Source of the DNA: an uncultured delta proteobacterium | GTDB lineage: Bacteria > Myxococcota_A > Polyangia > Fen-1088 | DNA length: 64,000 nt | NCBI GenBank assembly: GCA_963737265.1 | Contig: CAVTRY010000011.1 | Location: 864,001-928,000, forward strand | Direction of reading: 5' to 3' | Part shown: piece by piece, positions 42,013 to 51,592 of the stretch | Numbering within the stretch: the first letter of the stretch is position 1 | Layout: each line of letters starts with the position of its first letter | Notes under the pieces: generated by a model | The model's input: the letters and a program-made list of their open reading frames with translations, nothing else | Databases searched by the model: none | Told to the model about the DNA's origin: nothing | Position numbers and translations under genes: made by a program

Positions 42013-43863
42013 GTGAACAACATGACCGCCACTGGCAGTACGTTCCGCACCGACGAACCGCTACTCCACGAGCTGCTGGAGGAGGTCCACAAAGGCCACG
42101 TTCAGCTCCCCGATTTCCAGCGCGGCTGGGTATGGGACGACGAACACATCCGGGCGCTCATCGCCAGCGTGTCGCTCTCCTACCCAATCGGGGCCGTCAT
42201 GTTGCTGGAGACAGGCGGGGCGGGCGTGAAGTTCAAGCCTCGCTTGTTCGAGGGCGTGTCCGCTGCGCACGTCGAGCCGTCGAAGCTCGCGCTCGATGGG
42301 CAGCAACGCCTGACATCTTTGTACCTGTCCCTACGCAGCGGGAAGGCTGTCCCAACTCGTACGGAAAAGGGCAAGGACATCGAGCGCGTGTACTACCTCG
42401 ACATGCTTGCGTGCCTCGACAACGAGGCTGATCGATTCGACGCCGTGTGCTCGTTTCCACCCGACCGCATCTTGAGGAGCGACTTCGGCCGGAAGGTGGA
42501 CTTGGACATCAGCACGCCCGAAAAGGAGCACGCCGCCGACCTGTTTCCACTCGACATCGTATTCGATCCGACGCAATCCGCGCCCTGGCGACGTGGCTAT
42601 CGGAAATTTCACGGTAACGCCGACGAGAAGATGGACCTGCTCGAACGCTTCGAGGATCAGATCCTCATGCGTTTCCAAACCTACAAGATCCCCGTCATCG
42701 TCCTGCTCCGAGACACCCCGAAGGAAGCCGTGTGTCAGGTTTTCGAGAAGGTGAATACTGGCGGCGTTTCGCTCACGGTGTTCGAGCTGGTTACCGCCAC
42801 ATTTGCTGCCGACAATTTTCCACTCCGACAAGACTGGAAGGACCGCTCCGAACGCATCAAGGACAAGCGCCCGGTACTCGATGATGTGGATGGTGCCGCG
42901 TTTTTGACGGCCGCAACCCTGTGTTCTACCTACCGTCGCAACCTCCTCGGGAACGGTGCCATCGGGTGCAAGCGCAAGGACATCCTCAACCTCACCCTCG
43001 ACGAGTTCAAAGCCTGCGAGGCGGACGTGGACAAGGGGTTCACACGCGCCGCGCGCTTCCTCAATCGGGAACACGTCTACGACACGAAGGGGCTTCCCTA
43101 CCAGACACAGCTCGTACCGCTGTCCGTGATTTGCGCCGAGCTGGGTGACGGCTTCGAGTCCGATCACGTGCGCCAGAAGATCGCACGCTGGTACTGGTCA
43201 GGCGTGTTCGGTGAGCTGTACGGCGGCGCGAATGAGGGGCGCTTCGCCTACGACGTGCCGGAGGTGCTTGCGTGGATACGGGGCGAGGGCGGGGAGCCGC
43301 GCACCATCCAGAACGCGAACTTCGCACCGACGAGATTGCTGACCCTTCAGACCCGGTTGAGCGCCGCCTACAAAGGCTTGATGGCACGTCTCATCAGCGC
43401 CGGCAGCCATGACTTCCTCAGCGGGGACTCCATCGCGATCACCTCATACTTCGACCTGGACATCGACATTCACCACATCTTCCCACGCGCCTACTGCGAG
43501 AAGATCGGCCTCGACCGCACAAGGTGGAACAGCGTGATCAACAAAGCACCGCTTTCGGCGCGGACCAACCGCATCATCGGCGGCAACAAACCGAGCACCT
43601 ACCTCGCGACGCTGGAGAGCAAACACAACCTTGAATCTGCACGCCTCGACAAGATTCTGCGTACACACCTCATCGACCCCGAGATGCTGCGCAACGATGC
43701 ATTCGACCTGTTCATACGCGACCGCGCGATCAAACTCCTGGGCATCATTGAGGAGGCGACTGGCAAGCAAGTTACAGGGCGCGACTCCGACGAGACGGTG
43801 ATGGCGTTCGGGGTGCCGCTGATGGCGACGAGCGATGCCATTGCCAGCCGGTCGATAGCGTAG
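42013..43863 (+). CDS. GmrSD-family (DUF262 plus HNH-like DUF1524) modification-dependent restriction protein
   Basis: LPDFQRGWVW, DGQQRLTS, FEKVNTGG, DIHHIFP..N..N. Confidence 0.88.
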   Translation: MNNMTATGSTFRTDEPLLHELLEEVHKGHVQLPDFQRGWVWDDEHIRALIASVSLSYPIGAVMLLETGGAGVKFKPRLFEGVSAAHVEPSKLALDGQQRLTSLYLSLRSGKAVPTRTEKGKDIERVYYLDMLACLDNEADRFDAVCSFPPDRILRSDFGRKVDLDISTPEKEHAADLFPLDIVFDPTQSAPWRRGYRKFHGNADEKMDLLERFEDQILMRFQTYKIPVIVLLRDTPKEAVCQVFEKVNTGGVSLTVFELVTATFAADNFPLRQDWKDRSERIKDKRPVLDDVDGAAFLTAATLCSTYRRNLLGNGAIGCKRKDILNLTLDEFKACEADVDKGFTRAARFLNREHVYDTKGLPYQTQLVPLSVICAELGDGFESDHVRQKIARWYWSGVFGELYGGANEGRFAYDVPEVLAWIRGEGGEPRTIQNANFAPTRLLTLQTRLSAAYKGLMARLISAGSHDFLSGDSIAITSYFDLDIDIHHIFPRAYCEKIGLDRTRWNSVINKAPLSARTNRIIGGNKPSTYLATLESKHNLESARLDKILRTHLIDPEMLRNDAFDLFIRDRAIKLLGIIEEATGKQVTGRDSDETVMAFGVPLMATSDAIASRSIA

Positions 43864-43864
43864 G

Positions 43865-44842
43865 TCACCGTCGCGCGTTGACCTTCACCTGCTCGCCATC
43901 GGATGCTCGAAAAGTGCGAAATCGTTTCGACGGCAGTTCGAGCACGCCGAACGTGGCCGACCGGTAGCCATCGGGTACCGCAAGCGAGCCCACTAGCTTG
44001 TGGGCGAAGGTCTTCGAGCAACACGCGCCAGGATTCACAATCCGGCTCTTGCCCGCGACCAGCGCAAAGGCGTCGTGGGTGTGCCCGACGATCAACACAT
44101 CAGCACCGGCGGAGTCGAGCAGTCGTCGCCGCAGAACCGGGCTGGTGGCCTCGGCTCGGATTCCTTCCATGTCTGAACCGGGCCGTGCGTGCCACATCGC
44201 CACACGCACGCCCGCCAACTCGGCGGACCAGTGGGAGGGCAGTGTGGCGAGCCAGACCAGGGCCTCGCGCGATAGCTCGGCGCCGCCGGTGAAGAGATCG
44301 GCCGCTTCGACGATGGACGGGCCGGACTTGCGCAGATCGGGTTGCCGTCGACGACGTTCGAGCGCCCACCTTTCGTGATTGCCTCGGATGCAGACGATCT
44401 TCTCGGCCTTGATTCGCAAGACGACCTCCTCGCCGAAGGGCTCGATGTCGAGCAGGTCGCCTGCACAGATGATCGGGTCGCAGCCCATCACGCGGAGGCG
44501 TGACAGAGCCGCGTCGAGGGCGACGATGTCGCCGTGGATGTCGGACACGATGCCGACCTTCACCGGCGCGAGGCCAAGCCGCTTGAACATCTCGTCGTGT
44601 GTGACCGTGGCGACGCCCGCGTGGATCTCGTCCAGGGCCTTGTCGGCTAGGCGAACGTCTTCCGCGTCCTCGGCGGCCTGGCCGGCGTCGTACTCGGCGA
44701 GCAAAGCCAAGGCTTCGCGCAAGTCGGCCTCGGCGGCCTCGCGAGTTGGCCCTAGGCCGTAAGCGCCTGGCACTTTCGGATCGTGAGCCGACCAAGTGCC
44801 GTCTTCCTCGGTGAAGACGAGCTTGATCTTCAACAGCTTCAA
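43865..44842 (-). CDS. HicB-like/antitoxin-like N-terminus fused to a calcineurin-like metallophosphoesterase
   Basis: EEDGTWSA..PGAYGLGPTREAA; SDIHG, AGDL, GNHE, GHTH, NPG. Confidence 0.75.
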   Translation of the reverse strand: MKLLKIKLVFTEEDGTWSAHDPKVPGAYGLGPTREAAEADLREALALLAEYDAGQAAEDAEDVRLADKALDEIHAGVATVTHDEMFKRLGLAPVKVGIVSDIHGDIVALDAALSRLRVMGCDPIICAGDLLDIEPFGEEVVLRIKAEKIVCIRGNHERWALERRRRQPDLRKSGPSIVEAADLFTGGAELSREALVWLATLPSHWSAELAGVRVAMWHARPGSDMEGIRAEATSPVLRRRLLDSAGADVLIVGHTHDAFALVAGKSRIVNPGACCSKTFAHKLVGSLAVPDGYRSATFGVLELPSKRFRTFRASDGEQVKVNARR

Positions 44843-45231
44843 CGTACCCCTTCAATCGCTCGGCTCCAGGTATCGAAGACGGCTTGCGGATCGTTTCCTC
44901 GACCCGTGTGGATGTTCCACTTTCCGCTGTGGGGATTGACTCCAAGGATCGGAACTTTTTCGGAACGCTCGAAGCGGCCAAAAATCGCTCCACTCCACGG
45001 ACCATAGTGGGTTCGGAAGACACCTCCGACGGTGACGACGTGATAGACCATCCCAAAGGCGGTGTCGGGATGCCCAGTACCAACGCCGTCGCACCAGACG
45101 TGAAAGAGGGCTCCGAGCTTCTCTCTGTCCTTGGCGGACATGTTGGACTCGACGAGGGCTCGTCCGTAGTCGCGCTCTTTTGCTAGTCGCTGCTCGCGAA
45201 CAGCACGCAGAGCCTCGTGATAGTTGGTCAT
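44839..45231 (-). CDS. Hypothetical protein
   Basis: 4-nt start/stop overlaps at both ends. Confidence 0.55.
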   Translation of the reverse strand: MTNYHEALRAVREQRLAKERDYGRALVESNMSAKDREKLGALFHVWCDGVGTGHPDTAFGMVYHVVTVGGVFRTHYGPWSGAIFGRFERSEKVPILGVNPHSGKWNIHTGRGNDPQAVFDTWSRAIEGVR

Positions 45232-45551
45232 CGGGTCGCACACACCAAGAACGAAACCGCGAGCAGGACGACGGCGGCCAGCACCCGCCAACCGACGTGT
45301 CTCCACCAAGAGGGCGCCGACCACTTTCGTAGGCTTGGCGCACCGCTATGCCTACGTTTCTGGCTATCAGAACTTCCCTCCGAGGCAGACGCGGCCAGCC
45401 GCCAGCAACCAAAGAAGATGGTCACGGCATAGGGTCCGTAGGTCTCGCAACCGAACGCCACGTGGATCGCCAGGGCCAGGACGGCAACCTTGACCACAAA
45501 CCACGGCTCCACCTCGTCACGGTCGTTGGTGTTTGCGGGTGAGTCGCTCAT
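45228..45551 (-). CDS. Small hypothetical membrane protein
   Basis: ATG at 45551 overlaps the TGA of the frameshift-corrected upstream gene; hydrophobic segments. Confidence 0.45.
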   Translation of the reverse strand: MSDSPANTNDRDEVEPWFVVKVAVLALAIHVAFGCETYGPYAVTIFFGCWRLAASASEGSSDSQKRRHSGAPSLRKWSAPSWWRHVGWRVLAAVVLLAVSFLVCATR

Positions 45552-46415
45552 TGAAGAGCCTTCGCCAAGGCCGGAACCTCGTCGAGGATGAAGTTCCAGA
45601 CCTCGACCGCGCTCATGGTCGGTGCTCCGCTCACACCCGTCATGGCTCGAAACGAGATCTAGTCGATCCCAGTCGATGCCAGGTAACTGTAACCGCGCCC
45701 TGCGCTCCGGCGACTGGTGCCTCGCGGCTTCGCCGAGGTGTAGGAGATGAAATCTGGCAGCGTCCAGGCGGTTCTCGGTGGCGGCAAAAGTGGCCAGGTC
45801 CAAGCCTTCTGCGCACCTCGCGAGGTGGCGGCAAGCCTCCTCCACGTCGTCGAGCCAAGCGCATGGCTCACAGCGCACGCTCCACCACCCACGCAACCGC
45901 GCTTCGTGCTTGCCGGGATCGCCGCATACCTCGCAGGTACAAGAGGACTCCTCGCGGGCGGCAATGCGTTCGGCATAAAGTCGCGCGTCGAGCGCGAGGT
46001 CTGATTCTGGTGGTTCGTCGACGGCATCGACGTAGAACTTCAGCACGCCCATCTTTTCTTTGACTTGGGCCGCGATCAATTTCGGATCTGCGACGAGTTT
46101 TGTCGAAAGTCGGTCGATGATCGAATACCAGCCGTCGCCGCACTCAAAGCCTCCTCGGGCAAAGGACTCGCTCGACGGCACGGGCTTGTTGTCAGCGTAG
46201 CGGTACAGGCCGGGGTAGCGCTCGATCAGTTCGCGCGTGTGCGCGGGAGTCATCGACCTACGACTCGGCGGCAAACCGTAGGACGAGAGCCCCTGAGCGG
46301 CGCATTCGCGCACCGTTGGTGGGACGGGCAGGGAATGCTTGTCCACGTACTCGCGCGTTCTCTCGAAGCCGGGCGCGGGGCCTAGGATGAAACTGCCGCC
46401 TTTCTTTTTGATCAT
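45548..46415 (-). pseudogene. Phage-type QVKEK/Zn-finger domain fused to a degenerate DUF86/HepT-like domain; frameshift near 45650
   Basis: ECGDGW, QVKEKMGVLKFY, CEVCG..RCEPC; LLHLGEAA..PGIDW; alternate frame continues VWNFILDEVPALAKALQ*. Confidence 0.6.
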
Positions 46416-46867
46416 CGCTTCGCCTTTCGATTCGCCTTTCGCTTCTCCTTTTCGACGTAGATCAGCGTTTCGAGCAGCACGCACGCGATGTCAGATGAAA
46501 TACCGGATACCGAAAACGTCACCTGATCGCCGAACGCCTCGGCGAAGCCCTCGACACCGGGCAAGCGCTTTGAGCGTGCGAAGCTCACCCGCCACGACGA
46601 TCCGTTGTATTCGGCGCCGACAAACTTGGCGATTTTCGTTGCGGCCTCTCTCGACTTCGCACTCAGGCCAACAAACTTTTGTAGGGGGCGCTGGGGACGT
46701 GTGCCGTGCAGACTCCAGCTCTTTCGGCCGCCGGCCCGCCGCACCACCCAGACATCGCCCAGATCGATTGCGTCCATCATTCGGGCGATGGTCCGCGCGA
46801 CATTGGGCTGTTCGAGCGCCTTCCCCCGCGAAGCAGACCGTTTGCCTGTCTTGGGTTTCTTGGTCAT
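46412..46867 (-). CDS. Hypothetical basic protein
   Basis: ATGA overlaps at both ends. Confidence 0.5.
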   Translation of the reverse strand: MTKKPKTGKRSASRGKALEQPNVARTIARMMDAIDLGDVWVVRRAGGRKSWSLHGTRPQRPLQKFVGLSAKSREAATKIAKFVGAEYNGSSWRVSFARSKRLPGVEGFAEAFGDQVTFSVSGISSDIACVLLETLIYVEKEKRKANRKAKR

Positions 46868-48693
46868 CGGCGCACCGTCATCAATGCTATCCGAACGCTG
46901 GTTCCCTGCTCGGCGAAAGTGCCCTCGGGTAGCTCTTCCCAGGTGGTGGCCAGCGGTCGCAGCTCCGCTTGCTGGCGCGGGCCGTTCGCGCACAAGGCGA
47001 CGAGGACACCGTCGCGCCCAAGAAAGCGCAGGGCGTGCTTGACGTGCTCGATGTCGGCGCCGTTCGCAAAGGGCGGGTTCATCAAGATACGTTCGTACTG
47101 GCCCATGAAATCCGTCACTCCGAGAAAGTCTTTGCAGCGTACTTGGAGCTTCCAGCTCGGAAAAGTGCGCTCTAGCAGCGAACAAAGGTCGCGGTTGATC
47201 TCGTAGGCCAGCACCTCGGTATCTACAGCGTCCAGCACGGCGCGCACGATATTCCCCGTGCCCGCACTCGGTTCGAGCACGCACAGACCTGGCCGCAGGT
47301 CGGCCAGCTCCACCATGCGGGCGACGAACGCTGGCGGGGTTGGAAAGAGCTGCGGCGCGGTCACGACCTGGACGCCGGTCTTGAGCGCGGTCTTGAGCGC
47401 ATCAAAAGGCGCGGCCTCGTGTGCAGCCTGCTCGCGCGCCGGCCCTCGCGCCTCGCTGGCCAGCAACCGCTCGCGGGCTTCGTCCCTCTTCCTGGCCAAC
47501 AAGGACTCGCGTGCGGCTTCGTTCTTCTCGGCATGAGCCTTCATGGTCGCGGCGTCGGGTCGAGCGTGCTGTTTGGCGTCGGTCAAATAGACAATAGACA
47601 GGCCGGTCATGTGACCCGACCGGTGGAGCATCGCCGTGCGCAGCCGATGGGTTCCGTCCGACGAAACACAGGTGCCCTTGTAGTCAGCGTGTATCTTCGC
47701 CCACTCGGCTTTCGTAATGCCGACCAACTCAGTCTCGACATCATCCTCCGCGTTTCTCCGGTAGTCGCGGGTCTTCACTTTTCCGGAGTAGTTCAGCAAA
47801 GGCAACGCTGCCTTGGTCGGCTTCTTGGGCGGCGGCTGATACCCGCTGCCGGCGAGTAGGGCGCGCTCGTAGGTCAGTCGGTTGTCCAGGTGGGAGATCC
47901 AGCGGTTGGACTCGGCGATGATCCGTTCGTGGTTCGCGGAGTAGCGTGCTTGCGCTTCGGCGGGAATCATCTTGCCGCTCTCGATCTCCGACCACAGGCC
48001 GGCCATGGAGCGGTCGAGGTTCGCGATGTGGGCGGCTCGCTCCTGGAACGTACTGGGCTCGCCGCTCGTCTTGCGGATGCTGCCGTCCTGATCGAGCTTC
48101 TTCCACAAGGCGAGGAACGCCGTACTCGCCTTGAGGTCGCGCTCGTGGCTGCGCTTGGCGGCCTCCAGCGTCTTGATCCTTCTGGCGCGCACGGCGGGCA
48201 GCTCCTTGTACCTGGCGTGCCGAATGGCTCCGGCGGCGCGGTCCTGCCAATACTGGCTCGTCTCCCACAGCTTCACCGCCCGGCGCATGCCGCTCTCGAT
48301 CTTGTCGGCGTCGCGGCGGGCGTGGCGCTCGGAATGGTGGCCAACGAGAATTGGCTGGCCGAAGGGTATGCCGTCCGCGACCGACGCGACCGCCTTGCGG
48401 GCGTGTTCGGCGTCGGCCGCGCGCTTACCCCGATATGTGGTGAACCGCTCGGCTCGCTGAGCGGCGCGCTCTTCGAGGGTTGTCGCCTCGTCGTCTATAT
48501 CGCCAGCCAGCTCCACGAGCAGGTCTTCGCGAGACGGCGTCCAGACCGCATAGAAGAGGTCTTGCTTCGGTGCCCACCCGAACCCGGCCGCCTTCACCCG
48601 CGCGTAGGTTTCGTCGTCGAGGCGCGAACTGACGCGCAGGCGAAGCTTGTCGTCGGCGGCGTCGTAGGTGGCGTCGAAGGTCGTCGCGGTCAC
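46864..48693 (-). CDS. DUF3560 domain protein with C-terminal N6-adenine methyltransferase domain
   Basis: ATYDAADDKLRL, GQPILVGHHSERHAR; QLFPTP, LEPSAGTG, MNPPF. Confidence 0.88.
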   Translation of the reverse strand: MTATTFDATYDAADDKLRLRVSSRLDDETYARVKAAGFGWAPKQDLFYAVWTPSREDLLVELAGDIDDEATTLEERAAQRAERFTTYRGKRAADAEHARKAVASVADGIPFGQPILVGHHSERHARRDADKIESGMRRAVKLWETSQYWQDRAAGAIRHARYKELPAVRARRIKTLEAAKRSHERDLKASTAFLALWKKLDQDGSIRKTSGEPSTFQERAAHIANLDRSMAGLWSEIESGKMIPAEAQARYSANHERIIAESNRWISHLDNRLTYERALLAGSGYQPPPKKPTKAALPLLNYSGKVKTRDYRRNAEDDVETELVGITKAEWAKIHADYKGTCVSSDGTHRLRTAMLHRSGHMTGLSIVYLTDAKQHARPDAATMKAHAEKNEAARESLLARKRDEARERLLASEARGPAREQAAHEAAPFDALKTALKTGVQVVTAPQLFPTPPAFVARMVELADLRPGLCVLEPSAGTGNIVRAVLDAVDTEVLAYEINRDLCSLLERTFPSWKLQVRCKDFLGVTDFMGQYERILMNPPFANGADIEHVKHALRFLGRDGVLVALCANGPRQQAELRPLATTWEELPEGTFAEQGTSVRIALMTVRR

Positions 48694-48780
48694 GAGGCAC
48701 CGCCAAGGGAAAAGACAATCGAACGGACAGGAACGAGCGACGTATTTACCATTTGACTCCTCGTTCTCTAGTGTCGTCAA

Positions 48781-48816
48781 TTGCCGTCAAGCTGTCAAGT
48801 GACAGCATGGCGGCAA
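48781..48816. promoter_or_regulatory. 17-bp inverted repeat, putative operator between divergent operons
   Basis: TTGCCGTCAAGCTGTCA-AG-TGACAGCATGGCGGCAA (15/17 match). Confidence 0.5.
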
Positions 48817-48888
48817 CGACGGGCGGAGGGCAACATGCCGTCATCTAACGATTTGCTGGCCGGGCATCGTTTGGGGTATCGTCACGAG

Positions 48889-49059
48889 ATGCCCGCTAAG
48901 AAGCAGGTCAAGCGCTCCGACCACCAGAAACTTACGATCTACCTCCCACCCAAGATTATCGAGGAGACGAAGCTACTGGCCGTGGTGCGACGCCAGACCT
49001 ATAGCGCCGTGATCGAAGGCTTCGTCGTCGACGGACTTGCCTCTGCCAAGGAAAAGTAA
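48889..49059 (+). CDS. Ribbon-helix-helix regulator
   Basis: KLTIYLP..EETKLLAV....YSAVIE pattern; 56 aa. Confidence 0.65.
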   Translation: MPAKKQVKRSDHQKLTIYLPPKIIEETKLLAVVRRQTYSAVIEGFVVDGLASAKEK

Positions 49060-49636
49060 GGTGGTTCCAACCGACCTCGTCGTTGGGAAGGTGGAGCGCG
49101 CGATCATCGTCCTGCGCGGACGCCGGGTCATCCTCGATTCCGAGCTTGCCGCCCTGTACGACGTGACCGTCAGCGTCTTCAACCAGGCCGTAAAGCGAAA
49201 CATGGAGCGCTTCCCGGCCGACTTCGCTTTCCAACTCACCCGCGAGGAGTACGAATCTCTAAGATCACAAATTGTGATCTTAAAGGCCGGACGAGGCGCT
49301 CATCGAAAGTACCTGCCTTACGTGTTCACCGAGCACGGCGCGGTTATGGCCGCATCCGTTTTGAACTCGCCAAAGGCAGTCGAGATGAGCGTCGAGGTGG
49401 TCCGGGCCTTCGTGCGCCTTCGGCAGATCTTGGCCTCGAACCGCCAGCTCGCCGCCAGGGTCGATGCCTTGGAACAGAAAATGAACCAGTCGAATGCGGC
49501 CCACAGCAAGAACATCGGTTCCTTGTTCGACGCCGTCCGCAGCTTGATGACAGTGCCGGAGAAGCCCAAGCGTCAGATCGGTTTCCAGACAAAGGGCAAG
49601 GGCCGTGGTTTGCCGCCCACGAGCCCGTCTTCATAG
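49037..49636 (+). CDS. ORF6N-domain DNA-binding protein
   Basis: RGRRVILDSELAALY..NQAVKRNMERFPADFAFQLT, PYVFTEHG. Confidence 0.88.
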   Translation: MPLPRKSKVVPTDLVVGKVERAIIVLRGRRVILDSELAALYDVTVSVFNQAVKRNMERFPADFAFQLTREEYESLRSQIVILKAGRGAHRKYLPYVFTEHGAVMAASVLNSPKAVEMSVEVVRAFVRLRQILASNRQLAARVDALEQKMNQSNAAHSKNIGSLFDAVRSLMTVPEKPKRQIGFQTKGKGRGLPPTSPSS

Positions 49637-49936
49637 ACACGAAGCCATGCCGGGGCTTTCACTATGACCGATCATCCATGAAGTCGGTTGCGCCGGTTGC
49701 TGACACGAACCGCAATCCTTCGGCCGTTGGCGTCGTTCTTGGCCGCGAAGATCTCGCGCGGCGTGATCCGGATGGGTGTAGACAACGGCAACGGTGCCCT
49801 CCATGCCGCCACGGTCTATTGATAGACAGCTTTTGGCGTCCTATACTAGTCTTCTGTTCAGGTATAAATCGGCCTCACCCACCCATCATGGGCAGCGAGA
49901 CATCGGCGGTTCAAAGGGCCACATGAGTAGGGGCGA

Positions 49937-50707
49937 ATGCACGAGTCGCGAGTAGAAACGCTCATCGAATTCATCCTGCTCGCTGCCGGGAGGCAGGACA
50001 GCTTCGAGAGCCGTGAACTTGGTCCGATCCACGTCTTGAAGTACCTCTACCTGGCGGACTTGGCATACGCCCGCGCCAAGGGGGAGCCCTTCGCAGGCAT
50101 CTCGTGGCGATTCCACCACTACGGGCCTTGGGCGCAGGAGGCGTTTGCGCTCATTGCGCCCACGGCCGCCCGCATCGGCGCGCGAGAACGCCGGGTGTCT
50201 TCACCACGGTTCGCGGACGACATCATCAGGTGGTCCTTGACCGATGACGCGCGCTTCGATGTTCTTGAGCATGATCTTCCGGTTTCCATCACCTCGGCCA
50301 TACGTCGCCAGATTCGAGACCACGGAAACGATACCTCCGGGCTGCTGCATTACGTGTATCGGACGCCCCCAATGCTTCGGGCAGCGCCGGAAGAGGTCCT
50401 TTCATTCTCAGATCTCGGCGAGACGCCGATGCCGCCGCCAGCGCCAGTAGTGTCGTTGACAGCGCGCCAAGAGAAGAAGCGCCGAGAAGCCATGCAAGCT
50501 CTGAGAGACGTGGTGCGTGCGAAACTCGCGGCCGGAACGCCGAAGGCCGTGGCTCCCCTGCCCCCTCCTCGATACGACGATGTATTCGAGGAAGGGACGA
50601 GCTGGCTTGATGACCAGGCCGTCGCAAGCCCAATCGTCGAAGGGGAAATCCAGTTTGCCCCGGAGGTTTGGAAGGGAAAGGGCCGCAGTGACCCCGGCGT
50701 ACCCTGA
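49937..50707 (+). CDS. Panacea/SocA-like (DUF4065) antitoxin
   Basis: KYLYLAD...G...HYGP. Confidence 0.7.
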   Translation: MHESRVETLIEFILLAAGRQDSFESRELGPIHVLKYLYLADLAYARAKGEPFAGISWRFHHYGPWAQEAFALIAPTAARIGARERRVSSPRFADDIIRWSLTDDARFDVLEHDLPVSITSAIRRQIRDHGNDTSGLLHYVYRTPPMLRAAPEEVLSFSDLGETPMPPPAPVVSLTARQEKKRREAMQALRDVVRAKLAAGTPKAVAPLPPPRYDDVFEEGTSWLDDQAVASPIVEGEIQFAPEVWKGKGRSDPGVP

Positions 50708-51392
50708 GGACTCCATCCAGGGCTTGGTGGGTCGGTGGTGGGAGGAGACGCCGGAGCCCAGGATTCGGAGAGGACGGCTGCTGCGCGCCTTCGTGCCGCA
50801 CGTTGATCAAGAGCTTCAAGAACTCGTTGTCGAGGGCCGGAGCGAGCCGACCGAGCACACGAGAGCATTGTTCAAGATGCAGCCACTACGCTTGACCCAA
50901 GCTCCGAAGGCTCCGCGACTACCAGTAGCGGCACTTCCCAGCATCCCCGGAGAACGGCGGGTGTCCATGCGAGGCAAGGTGCGCCCTGTGATCGTTCTCT
51001 CCACGGGCGGTGACGAGGTGAGGAAGGAACATCGAACTGGTGCAGCTCGGTGGCAGAGCAATCCCACGCTTCTTGTGGCTCCGTTCTACGGAGCCGACCA
51101 GGACGGCTCTCGCGGCGGATGGCGGCCCGAATTCGTCCAGCGCATTCGTCGATGCGAGTACCCGCAGTATGTCTGGGATCAACTCCCGCTGGCGAACGTG
51201 AGCGAGTCCATCCTGCGCCTCGATCACATCCAGCCCATCGGGCACCACGAGAATGCGTTCATTTGGACCCCGCACTGCTTGTCGGACGAAGCGCTCCGAG
51301 TCGTGGATGAGTGGCTCTACTGGCTGGGCACCGGCACGATGCTCGACAGCTTCCTCCTGCCTGGCATCAGGTCCGAGCTGCTGAAGCTCTGA
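50688..51392 (+). CDS. PemK/MazF-like toxin
   Basis: KVRPVIVLS, LLVAP, ESILRLDHIQPI; overlaps the antitoxin gene; GTG start inferred. Confidence 0.55.
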   Translation: MTPAYPEDSIQGLVGRWWEETPEPRIRRGRLLRAFVPHVDQELQELVVEGRSEPTEHTRALFKMQPLRLTQAPKAPRLPVAALPSIPGERRVSMRGKVRPVIVLSTGGDEVRKEHRTGAARWQSNPTLLVAPFYGADQDGSRGGWRPEFVQRIRRCEYPQYVWDQLPLANVSESILRLDHIQPIGHHENAFIWTPHCLSDEALRVVDEWLYWLGTGTMLDSFLLPGIRSELLKL

Positions 51393-51434
51393 CCGCTACG
51401 TCGGGCCGACGGGTAGTCTACCAGCGTCAATCTC

Positions 51435-51454
51435 ATCACCACCTCCATCACCAC
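51435..51454. repeat. Two ATCACCAC repeats, putative arm-type sites near the distal att
   Basis: CATCACCACCTCCATCACCAC vs CATCACCACCTCGATCACCAC at the other end of the element. Confidence 0.6.
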
Positions 51455-51548
51455 CTGAGCGGGACCGGGGTGGACGGCCTGAGACTCCCTGTGACGGTAA
51501 GTCCCGATCCCGCTCAGATCTCCGACGGAGATTTGAGGCTTTTTCCTT

Positions 51549-51592
51549 TTCACACGGTGGAAGCCGCAGGTTCAATCCCTGCAACGCCCACA
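51549..51592 (+). repeat. att core, distal copy (tRNA-Val 3' half)
   Basis: 44/44 identity with 20314-20357. Confidence 0.95.

Noticed and set aside
45228-46484. Single 418-aa protein as given in the ORF track
   Set aside because: Better explained as a frameshifted gene (46415-45548) reading into a separate downstream gene (45551-45228)
51549-51592. Second tRNA-Val gene
   Set aside because: Only the 3' half is present, with no D-arm or 5' acceptor strand; it is the att duplication
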